DNA of 45,307 nt from a virus (Duplodnaviria; Caudoviricetes). Under the pieces are notes generated by a model. The model worked only from the letters and a program-made list of their open reading frames with translations, did no database searches and was not told the origin of the DNA. Shown piece by piece: positions 35,694-43,914 of the stretch. Positions within the stretch are counted from its first letter, which is position 1. The number at the start of each line of letters is the position of its first letter. The DNA lies in the IMG/VR virus record IMGVR_UViG_3300036784_000063, positions 1-45,307 of that record; one strand, given 5' to 3'. A program made the position numbers and the translations under genes.

Positions 35694-35728
35694 TTACGTC
35701 GCGATATACCGCGGCGATATGACGTCGC
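35694..35728 (+). promoter_or_regulatory. Right operator/promoter (OR-like), overlapping the cro start
   Basis: TTACGTCGCGATATACCGCGGCGATATGACGTCGC. Confidence 0.8.
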
Positions 35729-35949
35729 TGCGATCATGGATGCGCCGCACGAGGACCACGGCCCACGCGCTGCACCTTCGCGCGCAAGTCTCGGCCCCGG
35801 TGATCACGCGTGCACTCGACGGCCGCGCCTCGCTCGCGAGCGCTATCAAGCTGCACCTCGCGACGGGCCGTGACGTGCCGATCGAGAGCATGACGCGCGA
35901 GCAGCTCGACACCGCGCGCGCTCTGCGCCGCTCGAAGGTTGCCCGGTGA
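35719..35949 (+). CDS. Cro-like protein
   Basis: MTSLRSWM...VSAPVITRALDG...AIKLHLATG.DVP, first gene of the rightward operon. Confidence 0.7.
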   Translation: MTSLRSWMRRTRTTAHALHLRAQVSAPVITRALDGRASLASAIKLHLATGRDVPIESMTREQLDTARALRRSKVAR

Positions 35950-36173
35950 GCGCGCCCGACTTCCGCACCCCCGGCGACGTGATCGGCGAGACGCGCCAAC
36001 AGCTCGCCGAGCGCTTCGGCGCAGCGTCGCCCGAGCAACTCGGTTTCAAGATCGAGGGCGAGCCCGGTTACACCGACTGCGATCCTAACCCCGTGTTCGA
36101 CGCGCGGTGCGGCGGGTGCGATCGGTGCCTGTATCTGCAGTGCGAGCACTGGCACCACGGGGGCGCGTTGTGA
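35946..36173 (+). CDS. Cys-rich hypothetical protein
   Basis: Coupled, CGGCDRC. Confidence 0.55.
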   Translation: MSAPDFRTPGDVIGETRQQLAERFGAASPEQLGFKIEGEPGYTDCDPNPVFDARCGGCDRCLYLQCEHWHHGGAL

Positions 36174-36400
36174 AGCGCTCGGGCCTGCAACAGCGACAGC
36201 TCGACGTCGCCGTCACCGCGATCACGCACTGCGAACCGCACAAGCGGGCGCGCATTCTGACGAACCTCGTTGACGGCGTGCTCGGCCTCGAGCGGAGCAG
36301 CCTGATCGAGCGCGTCGAGGCAATGCGCGGCCTCGAGCCGATCGCGCAAGCCGTCGCGATCGACGAGCTTCTCGCGTCGCTGCGGAGTCGCGGCGTATGA
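36170..36400 (+). CDS. Hypothetical protein
   Basis: Coupled. Confidence 0.55.
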   Translation: MKRSGLQQRQLDVAVTAITHCEPHKRARILTNLVDGVLGLERSSLIERVEAMRGLEPIAQAVAIDELLASLRSRGV

Positions 36401-36633
36401 ACTGGTACCGAATCACGTTCGAGTGCCGCGGCAAGCGGCGCACCAAGGAAGTCGAGGGGCACAACCTCTCGGACGCGATCGGCGTTGCGCTCGTGAAGCT
36501 TTGCCCCGTCGCCGTGCGTGACGATGCGCAGCTGGTCGACGTCGCTTGCGTCGACACGCCCGCGTGGGCGCAGCAAGCCGTGCAAGCCGCAGCGAACGCC
36601 GTGCGCCCTGTCGACGGCGAGGGCGGCGCATGA
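36397..36633 (+). CDS. Hypothetical protein
   Basis: Coupled. Confidence 0.55.
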   Translation: MNWYRITFECRGKRRTKEVEGHNLSDAIGVALVKLCPVAVRDDAQLVDVACVDTPAWAQQAVQAAANAVRPVDGEGGA

Positions 36634-37337
36634 TCGACCTTCGCCTCGGCCGCTATCAAGACGCGCTCGCCGACGTCGCGTGCGACGCGCTGATCACCGA
36701 TGCCCCGTACTCGGACAAGACGCACTCGGGGCACGACTCGGCAACGGCGAGCGTGAACGAGTACGGCGAGAGCGAGCGCGAGACGCTCACGTACGACGCG
36801 TGGACACCCGACGACGTTCGCGAGTGCGTGCAGTTCTGGCACCCGCGCACCCGCGGCTGGTTCGTCACGATCACCGACTCGGAGCTCGTGAGCGTGTGGC
36901 GCGAGGAGCTCGCCGCCGTCGACCGCTACGTGTTCTCGCCGCTGTCGTTCGTGCACCCCGGCTCGCGCGTTCGCATTCAAGGCGACGGCCCGGCGCAATG
37001 GTCCGTCAACGTGGTGGTGGCTCGCCCGCGCACGCTGTCGTTCGCGAAGTGGGGCGCGTTGCCGGGCGCGTACGTCATGCCGAAACAGCAAGACAACCGC
37101 CGCGGCGACAAGCTCGACGTGATCGGCGGCAAGCCGCTTTGGCTGATGCAATCGCTCGTGCGCGACTACTCGCGGCCGGGCGACCTCGTCTGTGATCCGT
37201 GTGCGGGTGGCGGAACGACTCTGCTCGCCGCTGCGATCGAGGGCCGCCGCGCTGTTGGCGCTGAGGCGATGCCCGAGCACTTCGAGCGCGCGCACAAGCG
37301 CTTCGCTCGTGGCTACACGCCGACGCTGTTCGGCTGA
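36630..37337 (+). CDS. Beta-class N6-adenine/N4-cytosine DNA methyltransferase
   Basis: ITDAPY precedes KP..LM...DLVCDPCAGGGTT. Confidence 0.88.
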   Translation: MIDLRLGRYQDALADVACDALITDAPYSDKTHSGHDSATASVNEYGESERETLTYDAWTPDDVRECVQFWHPRTRGWFVTITDSELVSVWREELAAVDRYVFSPLSFVHPGSRVRIQGDGPAQWSVNVVVARPRTLSFAKWGALPGAYVMPKQQDNRRGDKLDVIGGKPLWLMQSLVRDYSRPGDLVCDPCAGGGTTLLAAAIEGRRAVGAEAMPEHFERAHKRFARGYTPTLFG

Positions 37338-37355
37338 AAACAAGGGGATCGCGCC

Positions 37356-37784
37356 ATGTCGAAAGAACCAGGGTTCGAGCGTTTGCCGTGCAAGCTGACC
37401 GATATCGAGCTGAAGTCTCGCGGCCTCGAGCTCGGGCACAAGCTGTCGGAGCTGAATGACCTCGAAGCGAAAAAGAAGGCCGCCGCGAGCACGTTCTCGA
37501 GCGCCATCAAAGAGGTCAACGCCAAGATCCACGAGCTCGGCGAGACGCAGCGCACCGGCACCGAGTATCGGCAAGTCGAGGTGCGTGAAGAACGCGCGTT
37601 CGAGTCGAACCTGATCAAGATCGTTCGTCGCGACACGGGCGAGCAAGTTCGCACGCGCGCCATGACGGGCGAGGAGCGTCAAGAGGAGCTGTTCGCGGGA
37701 CACACGCGCAACCCCGACGACGACGAGAGCGACCTCGACGAGCTCGACTCGCCGGGCACCACCACCACCGAGGCCACGCACTGA
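37356..37784 (+). CDS. Hypothetical phage protein
   Basis: LPCKLT..E, coiled coil, RRDTGE...RAM...ERQ..LF. Confidence 0.7.
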   Translation: MSKEPGFERLPCKLTDIELKSRGLELGHKLSELNDLEAKKKAAASTFSSAIKEVNAKIHELGETQRTGTEYRQVEVREERAFESNLIKIVRRDTGEQVRTRAMTGEERQEELFAGHTRNPDDDESDLDELDSPGTTTTEATH

Positions 37785-37798
37785 ACCAAGGGTGATCG

Positions 37799-39364
37799 GT
37801 GCGATCGGTGAGAAACACGGGCACAACGAACGGCCGCGGGGGCGGCTCGAACGGCAATGGGGGCGGCGTCGTCACACTCGACGGCACCGACCTTGTTGAT
37901 CCGTACCTCGAGCGCTCATTCGTGGGCGCTTGCCTCTTGATGCCCGAGCTGATTCTCGACAGCGAGGTCACCGAGTCGGACATCTACAGCGAGAACTATC
38001 GGCGGATCTTCTCGGCGTTGCTGCACATGCGCGCCGACGGCGAGGAGATCAACACGCTGTCGCTCCGCTCGTATTTCGTCGAGCGAAACCAGCTCGCCGG
38101 CATTGGTGGTGATGACGCGCTCCTCGAGCTCACCGACACGATCCCGGATCGTAACGGCCCGTGGAAAAAGCTTCGCGTGCTCGCTGCGCGTCGTCGCATG
38201 CGCACCGCTGCACAGCTCGTCGCCTCGAAGCTCGGCACCGACGAGTGCAGTCGGTACATCGCCCAGTTTCAGGCCGCGGCACTCGAGCTCGACCAGATCG
38301 AGAGCAAGACGCACACGATCCCGACGCTCGCCGAGCTCATTCCGGGGATCGAGCAACGCGGCCCGCGTCTGCAAACCGAGCTCGCCGCGCTCGACGCTTC
38401 GTTGCGTGGCGGTATCCCGCTCGGGCGATTCGTGGTGCTCGTCGGTGCGCCCGGTGCGAGCAAAACCAACTTCGCGACGTGGCTCGCGGACAAGTGGGAG
38501 CGCGTCGGGTGCGCCTCGGCGATCATCTCGGCCGACGAGTCGCGCGAGTCGGTGATCACGAGGCTCGGCCAGCTCTCGGGCTTCGATCGCGACAACCTCG
38601 AAGGCGAGGATCCCGGCCGCCGCAACGCGTTCGCCCGCTCAGTCGCGCACCGCACGCTCATGGTGATCGATCCGTCGGCCGACGAGTGCTCGCTCGAGGA
38701 AGCCGAGAAGCAACTGATCGACTTCGCGCGCGGAAAGCCGCGTGTGCTCGTCGTCGACTCGCTGCAAACGGTGCGGTGCGAGTACGCCGACCAGTTCGAG
38801 ACGACGCGCGAGCGTATCGAGGCCGTGATCAGCGTGATCAAAGGCATCTGCGCGCGGGGCACGCTCGTCATTGGCATATCGGAGATGAGCCGTGCCGGCT
38901 ACCGCACCGGCAAGCGCGATCAGGACACGGGCGCACTGTCGTCGGCCGCGGAGTCGCGCGCAATCGAGTACGCCGCGCACCTCTTGCTCGGGTTGCGCCC
39001 GGTGAAGGGTGACAACGGCGGGATCGACGTCGAGACGGGCAAGAACCGCATCGGCCCGGACAAACCCGAGCTCCGCATGCGGATCGACTTCGCGACGTTG
39101 CAGTTTCGCGAGATCCAGCGGCCGGCCGACGAGCAAGCCGAGGTCGACAACAAGCGAACGGCCGAGTTGCGCGCTCGTGTGCTCGCCGAGCTCGTCAAGA
39201 ACCCTGCCACGCACAAGACGCGCGGCTCGCTACAGCGCGCCGTCGGCGCTCGCAAGACCTCGCTCTGCGAAGTGATGCGCGAGCTCGTCGAGGAAGGCTC
39301 GATCGACAAGGTCGGCGGGTTCTTCCGCGTGGTGGCCACGAACAGCGCGGGCGGTGTCGCATGA
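37799..39364 (+). CDS. DnaB-like replicative helicase with C-terminal wHTH-like segment
   Basis: ERSFVGACLL...RRIFSAL N-domain, Walker A GAPGASKT, VLVVDSLQ, ISEMSR, KNRIG. Confidence 0.85.
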   Translation: MRSVRNTGTTNGRGGGSNGNGGGVVTLDGTDLVDPYLERSFVGACLLMPELILDSEVTESDIYSENYRRIFSALLHMRADGEEINTLSLRSYFVERNQLAGIGGDDALLELTDTIPDRNGPWKKLRVLAARRRMRTAAQLVASKLGTDECSRYIAQFQAAALELDQIESKTHTIPTLAELIPGIEQRGPRLQTELAALDASLRGGIPLGRFVVLVGAPGASKTNFATWLADKWERVGCASAIISADESRESVITRLGQLSGFDRDNLEGEDPGRRNAFARSVAHRTLMVIDPSADECSLEEAEKQLIDFARGKPRVLVVDSLQTVRCEYADQFETTRERIEAVISVIKGICARGTLVIGISEMSRAGYRTGKRDQDTGALSSAAESRAIEYAAHLLLGLRPVKGDNGGIDVETGKNRIGPDKPELRMRIDFATLQFREIQRPADEQAEVDNKRTAELRARVLAELVKNPATHKTRGSLQRAVGARKTSLCEVMRELVEEGSIDKVGGFFRVVATNSAGGVA

Positions 39365-39774
39365 CGTCGTTTTGGGCCATTTTGCGAGGCCGTCGCGTTT
39401 GGTTCCCGGTTCCCGCCGGTTCCCGAGAGTTCCCGGAACCGGGTTCCCCGTCCGGTTCCCTGGTTCCCGGTTCCCTAGGGGGAACCGGAACCGCGGGAAC
39501 CAACGGGGGTGGACCGGGAACGATTGTCAGAGCGGCGCTGATCTTCGGACTGATAGCAGCGAGCTCCGCACACCGGGCGAGAGGCGGCGTTCTGCCTTGG
39601 GTCGAAGGGGTGCCGGCTCCGCGACGCCCGAGCGCCTCCTACGTGCCGCCTCGTGGCTCGAAGGTTCGGGAACCGTGGGACCTGTTTGACGCGTGCAACG
39701 GGAACCGCGCTGCACGCAATGCAGCTGACTACACGGGCAAGCGCTTGTGCAGGTCGGCGCGGGGGTACGCATGA
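39361..39774 (+). CDS. Uncertain ORF spanning the repeat cluster
   Basis: ATGA overlaps at both ends, but the protein sequence is dictated by the repeats. Confidence 0.3.
   Translation: MTSFWAILRGRRVWFPVPAGSREFPEPGSPSGSLVPGSLGGTGTAGTNGGGPGTIVRAALIFGLIAASSAHRARGGVLPWVEGVPAPRRPSASYVPPRGSKVREPWDLFDACNGNRAARNAADYTGKRLCRSARGYA
39399..39521. repeat. GGTTCCC/GGAACC iteron-like cluster (candidate lytic origin)
   Basis: GGTTCCC at 39401, 39408, 39418, 39442, 39454, 39462 and 39469. GGAACC at 39435, 39481, 39487 and 39496. CCCTAGGG axis at 39473-39480. Confidence 0.8.
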
Positions 39775-39968
39775 GCGCGAAGTACACGTGCGATCGGTGT
39801 GGCAATCCGGCCGGTGACAGGCCCGTCACGCTCTACTCGTTGCGCGACGGCTTCGGCCCGCTCGACCGCATGCGGCTCGACTTCTGCGCCGAGTGCGCTG
39901 ATCGGTTCCGCGACTTCATGCGCGACGGCCGGCCGGCGAGCGTTCCGCCGAACGGGGGCCGCTCGTGA
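39771..39968 (+). CDS. Small zinc-finger protein
   Basis: CDRC...DFCAEC. Confidence 0.7.
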   Translation: MSAKYTCDRCGNPAGDRPVTLYSLRDGFGPLDRMRLDFCAECADRFRDFMRDGRPASVPPNGGRS

Positions 39969-40636
39969 TCGCCCTCGGCGTCGACCAGGCGCGTCACTCG
40001 GGTTGGGCGATCGCCAACGGCCGGCACGCTCTGCATTGGGGCGCAGCGACGACGCACGCGCACCGACGCGCGGCCGTCGAGCTCGCGATCAGCGTCGCGG
40101 GCGGCGCAAAGCACTTGCTCGTCATGTTCGAGGATCACACCAAGATGCCGATCGGCCGCGGCACGCGTGACGACAAGGACACGCGACGCGACGGCCCGAA
40201 CTTCGTGGTGCGCTCGACGGCCTCGATCATTGGCCAGGGCAAGGCGTACGGGCGTTGGCTCGAGGTGCTCGACATGCTCGGTGTCCCGCACGTGCACGTC
40301 GACGACGTCGAGCCTCGTGTGTGGCGCGCGAAGGTCGGCGTACGCGGCAAGGGCACCGACGAGTTGAAGCGCGAGGCGTTGAAGGTCGCGAGCGGATACG
40401 CCGGCGCACCGATCGTTGATGACGACGTCGCCGAGGCCGTGTGCCTCGCGGTGTTCGGCTCGATCGACGGCACCGCTCGAAACGAGAAGCGCCTACGCGA
40501 AGCACGGGCCGAGCGTAAGGGCGAAGCGCAGCTGTCCACGCAGCAGACGATCGACGGCTTTCTCGCTGGCCTCAACCCGCGCACGCCCGAGGACGTCCTC
40601 GCGGAGATGCGCGCCATGCACAAGGGGCAACCATGA
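39965..40636 (+). CDS. RuvC-like Holliday junction resolvase
   Basis: IALGVDQA..SGWA, MFED, P.VWR and DD.AEA motifs. Confidence 0.75.
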   Translation: MIALGVDQARHSGWAIANGRHALHWGAATTHAHRRAAVELAISVAGGAKHLLVMFEDHTKMPIGRGTRDDKDTRRDGPNFVVRSTASIIGQGKAYGRWLEVLDMLGVPHVHVDDVEPRVWRAKVGVRGKGTDELKREALKVASGYAGAPIVDDDVAEAVCLAVFGSIDGTARNEKRLREARAERKGEAQLSTQQTIDGFLAGLNPRTPEDVLAEMRAMHKGQP

Positions 40637-40983
40637 CGAGCGAAACCACCGAGCTCGCGCCGACTGACATCACCGTCACGCCCGAGGAAGCGCTCGCACG
40701 CTTGCGCGAGACGTGGTCGGAGCTCTGCGGCGAGATCGAGGCGACAAAGCTCGTCGTCGACGGCTTGCGTATCGAGATCAACGAGCGTGACGCGCGAATC
40801 GAGCTCATCAAGCAACGCGTCGCGAAGTTGCGCGAGTACGCGCGAGCGAAGCGCGACGAGCTCTCGGCCGACATCGCGGTCTGTAAGTCGACGGCCGGTG
40901 AACGCGCGCTCATGCAACAGAGCCTCGCGCACCTGTTCAAGCTCCTAGACGACACCGTGAACCTCACCTTGGGGATCCGGTAA
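40633..40983 (+). CDS. Coiled-coil hypothetical protein
   Basis: Coupled, RBS present. Confidence 0.6.
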   Translation: MTSETTELAPTDITVTPEEALARLRETWSELCGEIEATKLVVDGLRIEINERDARIELIKQRVAKLREYARAKRDELSADIAVCKSTAGERALMQQSLAHLFKLLDDTVNLTLGIR

Positions 40984-41213
40984 TGAGCCTCGAAGCCTTC
41001 GATATCACGTGGTGCGTGATCCTCTGGCTGCACGGCGCATTCGTCGGCTCGTCGATTGCCGTCGGCGCCGCCGCGTACGTGCGCAACTCGCGCGCGCACC
41101 GCGAGCTCGAACGAGCCACGTACGAGGCGCACCTCTCGGCCCTCAGTGCGCACGAGCGCGTCGAGCGACTCGAGCGCGTCAACAAGCTTTCCGTGCGTGT
41201 GCACGGGATCTGA
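40983..41213 (+). CDS. Small membrane protein
   Basis: One TM helix, coupled. Confidence 0.55.
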   Translation: MSLEAFDITWCVILWLHGAFVGSSIAVGAAAYVRNSRAHRELERATYEAHLSALSAHERVERLERVNKLSVRVHGI

Positions 41214-41228
41214 AAGGAACGAACCACC

Positions 41229-41891
41229 ATGAGCAAGAGCACCACCGCACCCAAGACCCGCACGAAGTCGACCGAGAGCACGAGCGCGATCACGAATCCC
41301 GACGGCGGCCCCGTCAACGCGGCCGACTCGAGGGCCTCGAGCGAGAGCGACGCCAGCCCGACGAGCGGCAACGCCATCGACACCGCCACCGAGCGCACGC
41401 GCATGGGGAAAGAGCGCAAGCCGCGCGCACCGCGCTCGATCGAGGGCGACCTGAACGCCGTACACGCACGCTACTCGAAGGATCTCCCCAAGCTCGTCGA
41501 CGAACAGACGCAGCTCGAGGGCAAGCTCGCGGAAGTGAAGCAGCGCCGCACCACGATCGAGACGCGCTTGCACAAGATCGAGCAAGTCATGCGCGACAAC
41601 CCCACGTTGCCGGGCCTCGACTCCAACTCGCCGCCCGCTGCGCCTCACATTGCGCAAGCGAGCGCCGCACCCGACACGCTCGCCGCGGCCTCGAGCGCTG
41701 CAACGGGCGCGAGCGCGTTCGACGATCAGCGCGCGTCGCCTGACTCGAGCCTCACCGGCACCGCGAGCTCGTCGGGTTACGACCCGACGCGGTACGTGCC
41801 ACCCGAGAACCACGGCGAGCCCGAGTCGACGCCCGGTGATCTCGATCCCAACGCGCCGATCCCCTCCGAGCTCGCACCCTCCGCGACGTGA
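41229..41891 (+). CDS. Hypothetical coiled-coil protein with disordered ends
   Basis: AAGGA RBS. Confidence 0.65.
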   Translation: MSKSTTAPKTRTKSTESTSAITNPDGGPVNAADSRASSESDASPTSGNAIDTATERTRMGKERKPRAPRSIEGDLNAVHARYSKDLPKLVDEQTQLEGKLAEVKQRRTTIETRLHKIEQVMRDNPTLPGLDSNSPPAAPHIAQASAAPDTLAAASSAATGASAFDDQRASPDSSLTGTASSSGYDPTRYVPPENHGEPESTPGDLDPNAPIPSELAPSAT

Positions 41892-41902
41892 GCACGGGCG
41901 TA

Positions 41903-41954
41903 GCGCCTACCCGCCTTAGTACCTTGGTACTTTGTAGGCAAAGCGGGTAGGCGC
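41903..41954. repeat. Inverted repeat (14/15) enclosing TTAGTACC-TTGGTACT-TTGTAGGC units
   Basis: GCGCCTACCCGCCTT ... AAAGCGGGTAGGCGC. Confidence 0.75.
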
Positions 41955-41955
41955 G

Positions 41956-42062
41956 GCCGTCAACCGCGCACCCCCCGGTCCTACAGTGCTGGGGGCTTCA
42001 AGGCCGGGGGGCCTCGTCTGCGCGGTCCGGGTGATGTTTCGGCCGGTTGAGAGGTTGACGGC
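41956..42062. other. Nested stem-loop element upstream of the terS candidate (possible pac/cos region or RNA leader)
   Basis: GCCGTCAACC/GGTTGACGGC, ACCGCGCA/TGCGCGGT and CCCCCCGG/CCGGGGGG. Confidence 0.55.
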
Positions 42063-42065
42063 AAC

Positions 42066-42767
42066 ATGGCGCCCAAAAATCCAGCGAAATCAGCACCACG
42101 CGCGCGCGCGTTGCAAGCCGAGTCGGAGTCGTCAAGCGCGTCAACCGCGGTAGACGAATCGGCCGCACTCGCGCGCACCGAGGGGCAACGGTTGCTGCGC
42201 CTGTTACCGCACTCGCTCGCCGTGATCGGCTCCGCTGTCGGTGTGACGAAACAAGCGGTCGCGTTCTGGCGCGGCGGCGACAAGTTGCCCGAGGAGCGCG
42301 CGCGTCGACGGCTTCAAGCCGAGTACGGGATCCCCGTCGAGACGTGGGGACGTGCGCCGCTGCTCCCCGAGCTCGACGACGACGACGAGGACGAGGACGC
42401 CGGCACCGAGGAGCCGAGCGAGAACGAGCCCGAGGACGAGGGCGAGATCGACGTGATGCACGAGCTCGGGAAGCTGGCACGCCAACAGCGCCGGTCCGCG
42501 AGCGACTCGAAGTTGACGGCCCGCGAGCGACAAGCCGCGCAAGCCGAGCTCTCGCGCACGCTGCAAACGCTCGCCCGGCTTCGCCGCGAGCACGAGCTGT
42601 CGGAGGGCCGTTACGTTCGGCAACACCCCGCGTGGATCAAGATGCGCACCGTCGTGTTGCGGGCGCTGCTCCCGCACAAAGAAGCCGCGCGAGACGTCGA
42701 GGCCGCGTTGCGAGCGCTCGAGGACGACGACGCGCCGCCGCTCACCGACGAGGAGCTCGACGGATGA
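42066..42767 (+). CDS. Putative terminase small subunit (HTH + acidic linker + helical domain)
   Basis: HTH AVGVTKQAVAFWRGG, upstream of terL. Confidence 0.5.
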   Translation: MAPKNPAKSAPRARALQAESESSSASTAVDESAALARTEGQRLLRLLPHSLAVIGSAVGVTKQAVAFWRGGDKLPEERARRRLQAEYGIPVETWGRAPLLPELDDDDEDEDAGTEEPSENEPEDEGEIDVMHELGKLARQQRRSASDSKLTARERQAAQAELSRTLQTLARLRREHELSEGRYVRQHPAWIKMRTVVLRALLPHKEAARDVEAALRALEDDDAPPLTDEELDG

Positions 42768-43021
42768 GCATGCCGTGCCCGTACGTGATCCGCGTCGTGC
42801 AGCACATCGGCGTGCGGGGCTTCCTCGCGCACGTCGCTTGGGACACCGGCCCCGAAACCTTGCGCGGCGTGCTCGCCGTCACCACCGAAGCCGTCGTCAA
42901 CGCCCGCATGGGCAACCGACGTCCGTTCGTCGACGAGCTCGGCCGCGAGCTGTGCCGCGTCGGCATGCATTGGCCCGCGTGCGGTTGTGCCCGCGGTTTC
43001 ACCGTGAGGGTTACCGAATGA
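42764..43021 (+). CDS. Hypothetical protein
   Basis: Coupled. Confidence 0.55.
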   Translation: MSMPCPYVIRVVQHIGVRGFLAHVAWDTGPETLRGVLAVTTEAVVNARMGNRRPFVDELGRELCRVGMHWPACGCARGFTVRVTE

Positions 43022-43269
43022 TCGAGGACCGATTCGTAGTGCACTGGGCGAACCCCGAGCGCGCCATGCGTGTCACCGCGACGCGCGGCGCGTTCGCTAC
43101 GTGCGAGTGGAACGACGACGGGTTGCCGCGGCGCCGCGTGTACCCCGAGGCCGAGCTCGTCGACGCCAAAGCGGGCCGGTTCGACGTGGTGTTGGCGCCG
43201 CCCGTGGTCATGCACCGCGTGCGCGGCGTGTGGAGCGACGACGACGACGACGAAAGGGGATGGCCATGA
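43018..43269 (+). CDS. Hypothetical protein
   Basis: Coupled. Confidence 0.5.
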   Translation: MIEDRFVVHWANPERAMRVTATRGAFATCEWNDDGLPRRRVYPEAELVDAKAGRFDVVLAPPVVMHRVRGVWSDDDDDERGWP

Positions 43270-43652
43270 GCATCACGACGCGAACCGCAATGAGCATGAC
43301 GACGATCACCACGCACCAAGTCGAGCCGACGGATCTCGAACGCGGGCTCGGTGAAACGCTCGCCTCGGTGTTCGAGCAGCTCTCGAGCGCCACGAAAGCC
43401 GACGCACGCGAGAACCTCGAGCGCGAGATCGCCACCACCATCGCGCAAGCGTTGGCGCAGCACCGCACGCGCGTGTGCGACTTGCTCTCGCTCGACAAGC
43501 TCGAGGAGGGGTGTCTATCGGCCGCGGCGCTCGAGGACTTCGAGCCCGCCTCGTCGGCGCGCAAGCTCCTCTCGTCGCACCGTCGCCTCACCAACAACGT
43601 GCACAAGGTGCAATCGCTCGCGCGCGTGGTGCGCAAGGGGTTCGCCGAGTGA
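43266..43652 (+). CDS. Hypothetical protein
   Basis: Coupled. Confidence 0.55.
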   Translation: MSITTRTAMSMTTITTHQVEPTDLERGLGETLASVFEQLSSATKADARENLEREIATTIAQALAQHRTRVCDLLSLDKLEEGCLSAAALEDFEPASSARKLLSSHRRLTNNVHKVQSLARVVRKGFAE

Positions 43653-43900
43653 AGCGCGCGCCGCGACTCACCCGCCGACAGATCGCCGCGCAGCTGATCG
43701 CGCGCCGGCACGAGGCCCGCGAGTTTGCGCGCCGCATCTGCATTGGCGAGAAGCCGGCGCCGCCGAAGTGGCTCCGCGACGTCACGAAGTCGGTCGCGGG
43801 CCGCTTGTTTCCGCTCGTGATCCAGATCGAGGACGTCGACGGGCACCGCTTCACCTTTCGGATATCCGAGCTGCTCACCGCGAAGGGTGTGCGCGCATGA
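43649..43900 (+). CDS. Hypothetical basic protein
   Basis: Coupled. Confidence 0.5.
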   Translation: MKRAPRLTRRQIAAQLIARRHEAREFARRICIGEKPAPPKWLRDVTKSVAGRLFPLVIQIEDVDGHRFTFRISELLTAKGVRA

Positions 43901-43914
43901 CGGAGGGTTGAACC

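Noticed and set aside
36630-37337. Restriction-modification system
   Set aside because: No adjacent restriction nuclease. Orphan MTases are common in phages.
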